From: Anaeromyxobacteraceae bacterium
Lineage (GTDB): Bacteria; Myxococcota; Myxococcia; Myxococcales; Anaeromyxobacteraceae
Direction of reading: 5' to 3'
DNA length: 40,047 nt
NCBI GenBank assembly: GCA_035655915.1
Contig: DASRTO010000580.1
Location: 1 to 40,047, forward strand
The notes beneath the pieces were generated by a model. The model searched no databases. It worked only from the letters and a program-made list of their open reading frames with translations, and was not told the origin of the DNA. This document shows, piece by piece, positions 33,968-40,047 of this stretch. Positions within the stretch are counted from its first letter, which is position 1; each line of letters opens with the position of its first letter. The translations under genes were made by a program, and so were the position numbers.

Positions 33968-35082
33968 CGCACGCGCGGTCCCTCTTCTGGAAGAGGCGAC
34001 CCGTCCACCTGACCCTCTTCGTCACCGGGAGCTGCAACCTCCGCTGCCCGTTCTGCTTCCACCGGCGGGCCCCGGAGGCGCCGGACCCCGCCCCCGAGCT
34101 CTCCCTGGACGAGATCGGCCGGGTGGCCCGGTCGATGGACTCCCTGCTGTGGCTCCTGTTCTCGGGTGGCGAGCCGTTCCTGCGCCGCGACCTGGTCGAG
34201 GTGAGCGCCCTCTTCCACCAGGTGAACCGGCCGGCCTTCCTCACCTACCCGACCAACGGCTGGTTTCCGGAGGTGATCGCCGATCGGACCGAGGAGATCC
34301 TGAGGAGCTGCCCGGAGAGCGTGGTGGTGGTGAAGGTCTCCCTGGACGGCGTGGGCGCCGACCACGACGCGCTGCGGCGAGCCCCGGGCGGCTTCGAGCG
34401 GGTGGTGCGCACCCTGGAGCGGCTGGCCTCGCTGGCCGGGCGTCACCGGCGGCTCGAGGTCGGGGTGAACACCCTCTTCTGCCGGGAGAACCAGGAGCGC
34501 ATGGAGGCCATCGTCGACTTCGTGGCCGGGCTCGACGGGGTGCGGTCCCACACGCTCACCGTGGCCCGCCCGGTCCCGGGCGTCGCCACCGCCGCGGGCG
34601 TCGACCCCGCGCTCTACCGGAGGGCTGGCCTGCACCTCGAGGCCCGCTGGCGCGCCCGCCGGCACGGCTCCCACCGCTTCGCCGGGGCGGGCCTCAAGTC
34701 GGCGCAGGATCGGCTGCAGCGGCGGCTCGTCCACCGCACGCTGCTGGAGCGGCGGAGGGTCGTCCCCTGCTACGCCGGGCGCCTCGACCTGGTGCTCTCC
34801 GAGAGCGGGGACCTCTACCCGTGCGAGGGGCGCTGGGACGCCTCCTTCGGCAACGTGCGCCAGGCCGGCTACGACGTGCCGGGGATGCTCCGCTCCGCCC
34901 GGGCCCGGCGCGTCTTCGAGGCGCTGGAGAACGGGGAATGCCACTGCACCAACGAGTGCAACTTCCTCGTGAACATCCTCTTCAACCCCCGGATGCACCC
35001 CGGGCTCCTGCGCCACTGCGCGGGGCTGCCCCCGGCGTGGCCCGGGAGGGACGAGGCCCCGCGCCAGGCCGGCGCCGGCTGA
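33952..35082 (+). CDS. Radical SAM enzyme with a SPASM/twitch-like Cys-rich C-terminal domain
   Basis: ATG 33952 overlaps the GT2 end by 16 nt. The cluster motif is CNLRCPFC, followed by SGGEPFLR. The C-terminal cysteines lie in ..VVPCYAGRLDLVLSESGDLYPCE..GECHCTNEC... Confidence 0.8.
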   Translation: MHTPLAHARSLFWKRRPVHLTLFVTGSCNLRCPFCFHRRAPEAPDPAPELSLDEIGRVARSMDSLLWLLFSGGEPFLRRDLVEVSALFHQVNRPAFLTYPTNGWFPEVIADRTEEILRSCPESVVVVKVSLDGVGADHDALRRAPGGFERVVRTLERLASLAGRHRRLEVGVNTLFCRENQERMEAIVDFVAGLDGVRSHTLTVARPVPGVATAAGVDPALYRRAGLHLEARWRARRHGSHRFAGAGLKSAQDRLQRRLVHRTLLERRRVVPCYAGRLDLVLSESGDLYPCEGRWDASFGNVRQAGYDVPGMLRSARARRVFEALENGECHCTNECNFLVNILFNPRMHPGLLRHCAGLPPAWPGRDEAPRQAGAG

Positions 35083-35125
35083 AGGTGGACCAGGTGAACG
35101 TCGATCGAGCCAGGAGGTGGATCCG

Positions 35126-35440
35126 ATGAGCGATACGCTGGGAATCTGCGTGGCGACCAGGAACTCGATGCAGCACGTGGTCGGCCTGGCCAAGGCGGCC
35201 AGGGCCGCGGGCAAGGAGGTCAAGGTCTTCTTCACCGGAGAGGGGGTACACGCCACCCAGGACCCTCGCTTCGCCGAGCTGCTCGAGCTGGGGGTGGGCA
35301 AGGTGGCGGTGTGCGAGGTCAGCTACATCGCCAACGGGTTCAAGGGGAAGCCGCTGCCCGGGATGCGCGACAAGGACTTCGTCACCCAGGGGCGAAACGC
35401 CGAGATGGTCGAGGACTGCGGGCGCTACGTCGTCCTCTAG
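35126..35440 (+). CDS. DsrE/TusD-like sulfur-relay protein
   Basis: 104 aa, with AGGAGG 8 nt upstream. It shows the DsrE-family pattern (..LGICVATRNS..VKVFFTGEGV..) and a Cys in VAVCEVS (CxxS) at the expected active-site position. Confidence 0.7.
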   Translation: MSDTLGICVATRNSMQHVVGLAKAARAAGKEVKVFFTGEGVHATQDPRFAELLELGVGKVAVCEVSYIANGFKGKPLPGMRDKDFVTQGRNAEMVEDCGRYVVL

Positions 35441-35453
35441 GAGGGAACACGTC

Positions 35454-35747
35454 ATGGGCACCGGCAAGAGAGTGGCCGTCCTCATCAAGGACAAGGAGCG
35501 ACAGTACGAGGGGCTCCGCTCCAGCCTCGGCCTGCTCCTGGAGAAGCACGTCATCAGCATGTTCGTGCTGAACCACGAGATCGACATGACCGAGGAGTAC
35601 TCGGACAACATGGGTTTCATCGACGAGATGGGGGGCGCCCGCTACAGCAACGTCCCGGCCAACGTCGAGAAGTACGGGTTCAAGGCGGTGACGCTGGACG
35701 ATCTCCCCGCCAGGCTCAAAGAGAGCGAGCTCGTGATCGCCTACTGA
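35454..35747 (+). CDS. DsrF/TusC-like (Cys-less DsrE-family) protein
   Basis: 97 aa. It begins ..KRVAVLIKDKERQYEGLRSSLGLLLEKHVISMFVL.. and lies 13 nt after the previous gene. Confidence 0.6.
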   Translation: MGTGKRVAVLIKDKERQYEGLRSSLGLLLEKHVISMFVLNHEIDMTEEYSDNMGFIDEMGGARYSNVPANVEKYGFKAVTLDDLPARLKESELVIAY

Positions 35748-35770
35748 CCGCTTCGGGAAACGAGGACCAC

Positions 35771-35944
35771 ATGAAGATCCTTCACATCGTCCGCTCCGAG
35801 CCCGACGACCTCACGCGGCGCCTCGTCAAGGGACTCTCCCAGGGCGAGAGCAGCACCGAGGTCCCCCTCTACAAGGGCCCGGTGGATTACGCCAAGCTCG
35901 TCGCCAGCATCTTCGAGGCCGACCGGGTCATCTGCTGGTGGTAG
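35771..35944 (+). CDS. Small protein (57 aa), possibly a truncated DsrH/TusB-like third subunit
   Basis: This ORF is not in the track because it is under 60 aa; I read it directly as MKILHIVRSEPDDLTRRLVKGLSQGESSTEVPLYKGPVDYAKLVASIFEADRVICWW. GAGGA lies upstream. Its N-terminus resembles DsrH starts. Confidence 0.5.
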   Translation: MKILHIVRSEPDDLTRRLVKGLSQGESSTEVPLYKGPVDYAKLVASIFEADRVICWW

Positions 35945-35977
35945 GAGGCGGCGCGGCCGGCGCGCGGCCGTCCTCCT
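35943..35977 (+). terminator. Long imperfect GC-rich hairpin immediately after the last gene of the plus-strand cluster
   Basis: The outer arms are AGGAGG ... CCTCCT, with further inner pairing and two bulges. It overlaps the TAG stop. There is no U-tract, so it is a terminator or RNA-stabiliser candidate only. Confidence 0.35.
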
Positions 35978-35989
35978 CCGCACCCGATG

Positions 35990-36106
35990 CCTCCCGGCGG
36001 GGGACGAGCCCCCGCCCTACGGACCCCGCGGAGCCCCGGAGCGGGGGGCGAGCCCCGGCCCTACAGACCCCGGAGCCTCGGGGCGGGGGACGATCCCCCC
36101 CTCCGA
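35990..36106. repeat. Three REP-like palindromic elements (one perfect, two degenerate) related to 34..117
   Basis: The perfect core GGCGGGGGACGAGCCCCCGCC at 35996-36016 is followed by CTAC, identical to 92-116. Degenerate copies lie near 36038-36064 and 36080-36106. The perfect copy abuts the TAG stop (36017-36019) of the minus-strand gene, and the degenerate copies lie inside that gene's 3' end. Confidence 0.65.
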
Positions 36107-37885
36107 CGCCGGAGTCCGGGCGCGGTAGACCGCGACCAGCGGCCGGTCGCGGAACACGCCGTCGTCGGCCGCGAACGTCCGCGCCGGGCGCAAGCCCCGC
36201 AGACGGTCCGTCACCTCCGGCGGCAGGGGCGCGTCCAGGTCGTAGGCCAGGAGCGCCACCGCCGCGTCGCCTCCGGCGTCCCCCTGGTACCAGTCCGGGT
36301 TCTGGTACTCCCAGGTGAAGCGCAACGGGGAGGTCCGCGCCCGCTCCCTCGCTTCGGCGGGCACTCCTGGGTAGGCGTAGCGAAGGGTCTTGCGCGTGTA
36401 GAGGTCGAGCACGGGGACCCACACCGCCGGGTTCACGTCCGCCTCCGGGCGCGGCAGCGTGACGACCAGGGCCTGCGCCTCGCCGATCGAGTCCAGGTAC
36501 GCGCCGGCCGCCTTGAGGTTCCCGGCGCTGGTCCCCCGCAGGAACGGGAGGTACCCGTAGAGCGCCACCGCGAGCGAGGTGGCCACCGCGCAGCCGGCGG
36601 CGAGGCGGCGCAGCTCCGGGCTCCGGATCCGCTGGAGCCCGTAGGCCGCCATGAGCGCCACCATGGGGAAGGCCGGGAGGAGGTAGCGGATGCGCTGCAC
36701 CCGCAGCAGGAGCAGGAGCGCCACCGGCCAGAGGACCACGGCGTATCTCGGGTCCCGCCTCTCGACGGCCACCCAGGCCGAGAGCAGCGCCGCGCCGGCG
36801 ACGAAGGGATGGATCTGGAAGAGGAAGGTCGAGGCGAGGCTCTCCCCCCAGCGCCGGAGCCCGGGGGCCTGGTAGGACAGCAGCAGGGCGAGCTGCTCCC
36901 GGTGGATGTCCAGGCGCGGCAGCGCGGCGGAGAGGACCAGGGTCGCCGAAAGCAGCGCCACCGCGAGGCCGGTCCGCAGCGGCCGGGGTCCGTCCCGTCG
37001 GACCACCCCGATCACCGGCAGCACGGTGAGGAGCAGCCAGGCGGAGTACTTGCTGAAGCAGGCCAGGGCCACCGCCAGCGACGCCAGGAGGATCCGCCCC
37101 GGGCCGCCCCGCCGGAAGGCCTCCTCGACCGCCACCACCGCCAGCAGGAGGAAGAACATGGTGGGGACGTCCACCAGCATGCTGGGCACCTGGGCGAGCA
37201 GGTAGGGCATGGCCAGCAGCAGGGCGCCGGCGGTGAACCCCACCTCCTCGTCCCACAGCGCCTTGCCGAGGCGACAGGTCAGGGCCACGGCGCCGCCGAA
37301 GAAGAGGGTGCCCAGCGCCTGCACCACCAGCCGCGACTCCCCGAGGAGCCTGAAGAAGAGGCCGTGCAGGAGCGGGACCAGCGGCAGGTCGGTCCAGGCC
37401 GGGACGGCCCGGCCCCAGTCCGCCAGGAAGGAGCCGAGGCCGTGCAATTCCAGATATTTGGCCTGGGCGAAGTAGCGGGACGCGTCCACGATGACCTCGG
37501 GCGCGCGCCAGAACGGGACCACCGCCCCGCACGCGGCGGCGAAGAGCAGCGCCGCGGGCCGCCGCGGCAGCGGGAGCCTCGCCAGGAAGACGGCCGCGGC
37601 GACGCCCGCCGCCGAGAGGGCGTAGAGCCGAAGCGGATCGGCCTCGGCGAAGACCCAGCGCCAGCTGGTGAGGCGGTTGTCGTCCCAGGCGCGAAGGACG
37701 TGGAGGGCGGCGACCACTCCCACGGCGGTCAGCGAAACCGCCAGCCGCTCCAACGCCCCGGCCGCGGCCGCGCCGGCAGGTGCCTCCACGCGCGCTGGGG
37801 CTTGCGCCTCGGGCCAGGGCTCCACGGGGTTGGACGGCGCCGGCCGAGGTCGGCCGCGCCGCCGCTCCTCGGGACACGATAGCAC
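36017..37885 (-). CDS. GT-C fold membrane glycosyltransferase (GT39 / ArnT / PMT_2-like)
   Basis: 622 aa with more than 10 TM segments. The pattern ..DASRYFAQAKYL..PLVPLLHGLFFRLLGES..ALGTLFFGGAVALTCRLG.. is typical of ArnT/PMT-like enzymes. The GTG start at 37885 is uncertain. The C-terminal ~30 aa are encoded by REP-like repeats. Confidence 0.75.
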   Translation of the reverse strand: MLSCPEERRRGRPRPAPSNPVEPWPEAQAPARVEAPAGAAAAGALERLAVSLTAVGVVAALHVLRAWDDNRLTSWRWVFAEADPLRLYALSAAGVAAAVFLARLPLPRRPAALLFAAACGAVVPFWRAPEVIVDASRYFAQAKYLELHGLGSFLADWGRAVPAWTDLPLVPLLHGLFFRLLGESRLVVQALGTLFFGGAVALTCRLGKALWDEEVGFTAGALLLAMPYLLAQVPSMLVDVPTMFFLLLAVVAVEEAFRRGGPGRILLASLAVALACFSKYSAWLLLTVLPVIGVVRRDGPRPLRTGLAVALLSATLVLSAALPRLDIHREQLALLLSYQAPGLRRWGESLASTFLFQIHPFVAGAALLSAWVAVERRDPRYAVVLWPVALLLLLRVQRIRYLLPAFPMVALMAAYGLQRIRSPELRRLAAGCAVATSLAVALYGYLPFLRGTSAGNLKAAGAYLDSIGEAQALVVTLPRPEADVNPAVWVPVLDLYTRKTLRYAYPGVPAEARERARTSPLRFTWEYQNPDWYQGDAGGDAAVALLAYDLDAPLPPEVTDRLRGLRPARTFAADDGVFRDRPLVAVYRARTPASEGGIVPRPEAPGSVGPGLAPRSGAPRGP

Positions 37886-37928
37886 GCGGCGGAGCCCGGG
37901 CGGGATCGCCGGCCGCGACGCCCGGAGC

Positions 37929-39068
37929 CTACCGCGGGCCCTCCCCGAACGCCGGGCGCGCCGCCTCGATGAAGGCGCGGGCGTTCTGGCGGTGGGCCGC
38001 TTTGTGCGCCCGCAGCTCCCGCACCAGCTCGAGGCCGGTCCGGCCGCAGGGCGGGAGGTCGGCGTCGCTCGCGCCGAGCGGCAGGGTCCGCTCCCCCCAC
38101 CGGACCAGGTGGGCGCACAGGGAGAGCCCGGCCCCGAAGCTCGGCAGGAGCAGGTGGTCTCCCGGCCGGACCCGCCCCTCCTCCAGCGCCTCCACCAGCG
38201 CCACCGGTACGGTGGCCGCCGACATGTTGGCGTAGCGGTGCACGTTCACGAACACCTTGCCGGGGTCGATGCCGACGCGCCTGCCGACGGCGTCGATGAT
38301 GCGCCGGTTGGCCTGGTGCGGCACCATGAGGTCCACGTCGACGATGGAGAGGCCGCGCCGGGCGAGCGCCTGCCGGCAGGCCCGGGCCATGCCCACCACC
38401 GCCCGCCTGAAGATCTCCTGGCCGTCGAAGATCCAGCGGGTGTGGCCGTAGGGGACGCCCAGGTTGGCGTAGCGCGCGCCCGCCCCACGGATGTCCAGGG
38501 CGCCGCGCGCGTCGGCGTAGCAGCCGAGCTGCTCCGCGAGCAGCCCCTCCTCCCGCTCGCTGGCCTGCACCACCGCCGCGCCGCAGCCGTCGCCGAAGAG
38601 GACGGCCGTGTTGCGGTCCTCCCAGTCGACGAACGGGGAGGGCACCTCGGCCCCGACCACCAGCGCCGTCCGCACCACCCCGGTGCGGATGAGGGCGGTG
38701 GCCGTGGAGAGGCCGTAGAGGAAGCTGGTGCAGGCGGTGTTCACGTCCATGGAGGCGGCGTTGGCCGCGCCCAGGCGCGCCTGCACGCCGGAGGCGACGT
38801 TGGGGGCGAGCTCGTCGCCCAGGGTGCTGCCCACCACGACGAGGTCGAGCGACTCGGCGGTCAGGCCGGCGCAGGCCAGCGCCCGCGCCGCGGCCACGTA
38901 CGCCAGCTCTCCCAGGGGCACGTGCGAGATGCGCCGCTCCTTCATGCCGGTGCGGCTCACGATCCACTCGTCGTCGGTGTCGAGGAAGGTGGCCAGGTCG
39001 TCGTTGGTCAGCACCGCCGGAGGCAGGCACTTCCCCCAGCCGGTGATGGCGGCGTGCGGCATCGGCAT
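37929..39068 (-). CDS. 3-oxoacyl-ACP synthase III (FabH-like KAS III) with a ~50-aa C-terminal extension
   Basis: The start is taken at ATG 39068 (MPMPHAAITGWG..), overlapping the upstream stop as ATGA. The catalytic triad context is NTACTSFLYGL (Cys), VPHQANRRI (His) and HRYANMSAATVP (Asn). The longer 37929..39404 version was rejected. Confidence 0.85.
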   Translation of the reverse strand: MPMPHAAITGWGKCLPPAVLTNDDLATFLDTDDEWIVSRTGMKERRISHVPLGELAYVAAARALACAGLTAESLDLVVVGSTLGDELAPNVASGVQARLGAANAASMDVNTACTSFLYGLSTATALIRTGVVRTALVVGAEVPSPFVDWEDRNTAVLFGDGCGAAVVQASEREEGLLAEQLGCYADARGALDIRGAGARYANLGVPYGHTRWIFDGQEIFRRAVVGMARACRQALARRGLSIVDVDLMVPHQANRRIIDAVGRRVGIDPGKVFVNVHRYANMSAATVPVALVEALEEGRVRPGDHLLLPSFGAGLSLCAHLVRWGERTLPLGASDADLPPCGRTGLELVRELRAHKAAHRQNARAFIEAARPAFGEGPR

Positions 39069-39868
39069 CACCGCCCGCCCGCGGGCTTGCGCGGCAGGAA
39101 GCCCGGGGGGCGCGGCGGCGGGGCGTCGTCGGGAGCGGGCCGGAACTCCACCTGCGCCGGCGGCGGGGAGAGGATGGCGGCCTTGAGCCGCTTGGCCCGC
39201 GCGTGGTCCGGGCTCGAGAGGAGTAGCTCGTCGAGTGCCGCCAGGGCCGCCTCCCTCCGGCCCAGGTCGAGGAGCGTCCGGGCGAGCATCAGGCGTGGCC
39301 GGCCCAGGGCGGGGTGCGAGGCCACGAAGGCGGACAGGGTGGGCACCGATCCTTCCCGGCCCGCCGCTCCGGCCTGGGCCACCATCTCCGCGAAGTCGAT
39401 CCATGGGTCCGGCCCCCCATTGGCCCGGGCCCGAGCCACGAGCCTCGCCGTCTCCGGCAGGTTGCCGTCCAGCCCGGAGTAGACCGCCAGCGCCCTCACC
39501 ACCGCCGGGTCGGACGGGTGGGAGCGCACGAGCGGCCTGAGCTCCTCGAGGGCCTGCTCGCGGAGATCCCGGCCGCTCCGCAGCAGGGTCGCGCCGTCCT
39601 CGAGCCGCGTCGCCTCGTCGCGCCGCGCCGCCCCGTCGAGCAGCTCGACCAGGGCCAGGTCCGCCCGCGCCTGCCAGAGGCCCGGGTCGACCCGGGCCGC
39701 CTCCTGGAGCAGCGCAGCCGCCCGCGCCAGCCCGGCCTCGTCGTCGAGAGCCAGGAGCTCCATCGCCTCGCCGCGCAGGGCCGAGACGCGTTCGCCCTGC
39801 GCCGTCACGGCGGCGGCCGGGGCCGCGGTGGTGAGGAGAGCCGTCGCCAGGGAGAGGGTCGAGAGCAC
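39068..39868 (-). CDS. Secreted Ala/Leu-rich helical-repeat (TPR-like) protein
   Basis: 266 aa from a GTG start, with the signal-like N-terminus MLSTLSLATALLTTAAPAAA. It has repeated helical hairpin-like segments and a Pro-rich C-terminus. It is translationally coupled to the FabH-like gene. Confidence 0.6.
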   Translation of the reverse strand: MLSTLSLATALLTTAAPAAAVTAQGERVSALRGEAMELLALDDEAGLARAAALLQEAARVDPGLWQARADLALVELLDGAARRDEATRLEDGATLLRSGRDLREQALEELRPLVRSHPSDPAVVRALAVYSGLDGNLPETARLVARARANGGPDPWIDFAEMVAQAGAAGREGSVPTLSAFVASHPALGRPRLMLARTLLDLGRREAALAALDELLLSSPDHARAKRLKAAILSPPPAQVEFRPAPDDAPPPRPPGFLPRKPAGGR

Positions 39869-40047
39869 GTCGCCAGCCTACCAGTCGTCGCCCCTCCTTG
39901 GGAGCAACCCTGGCTTCTCCACGGCCCGAGCGGCTCGGCGCGCCCGCACCTCACGCAAATCCTGCCGGTCGCGTCCGGGCTTTGCGCCCTCCCGAGCGAG
40001 GGGCGGGTAGTGGTCGGCGCGGTCGAGGGGCTGGAAAACGCCCTCGC

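Noticed and set aside
31419-35082. Possibility that B12-rSAM + GT2 + rSAM are hopanoid side-chain genes (HpnJ/HpnI/HpnH-like)
   Set aside because: The trio of enzyme classes matches superficially. However, no squalene-hopene cyclase or other hpn genes are present. The second rSAM also has a SPASM/twitch-type Cys-rich C-terminus rather than what I recall for HpnH. I keep this only as an alternative to test by HMM search.
35928-37882. ORFs 35928..37877 (-) and 35987..37882 (+) overlapping the GT39-like gene
   Set aside because: They are Arg/Gly/Pro-rich with no TM pattern. The 36017..37885 frame gives a coherent polytopic membrane protein.
39878-40047. Open minus-strand frame running off the right edge (..EKPGLLPRRGDDW-stop at 39878-39880)
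   Set aside because: Only ~55 codons are visible and no motif is recognisable. An open frame of this length is expected by chance in GC-rich DNA, so I did not call it.

Overview
Very GC-rich bacterial chromosomal window. The protein set and codon bias look Myxococcota/Desulfobacterota-like (Anaeromyxobacter-type), but that is inference only. I call about 40 protein genes and see no rRNA, tRNA, CRISPR array or transposase. Most long ORFs in the six-frame track are GC-driven shadow frames.

Content:
1. Many anion/sulfur permeases: one YeiH-like, three TauE/SafE-like, one SulP-STAS and one YeeE/YedE-like.
2. A dense signalling block with three histidine kinases, two sigma-54 enhancer-binding proteins, three canonical receiver proteins and one degenerate receiver.
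3. Two paralogous, translationally coupled cassettes. Each has a TauE-like permease, a membrane accessory module, and a PEP-synthase-like ATP-grasp/phosphohistidine protein with an uncharacterised C-terminal domain. In the first cassette the accessory module (Alph_Pro_TM/TIGR02186-like) is fused to the kinase-like protein.
4. A YeeE-TusA ... DsrE/F/H-like sulfur-relay bracket. It encloses a 5-haem cytochrome c interrupted by an in-frame TGA with a downstream hairpin, a B12-binding radical SAM enzyme, a GT2 glycosyltransferase and a radical SAM/SPASM enzyme.
5. GT39/ArnT-like, FabH-like and TPR-like genes at the right end.

The most unusual signal is a ~20-aa peptide module (consensus about L-x-A-A-x-F-A-E-[EA]-G-E-x-[ED]-x-A-R-x-[IM]-L) present seven times between 7.0 and 19.0 kb. 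It occurs as three mini-ORFs, as an N-terminal tag, and as C-terminal tails on two receiver proteins and on the SulP-STAS transporter. Four of the five sigma-54-type promoter-like elements (exact GG-N10-GC spacing) sit directly upstream of module-encoding genes. All functional calls rest on my recognition of motifs in the translations; no database search was run.
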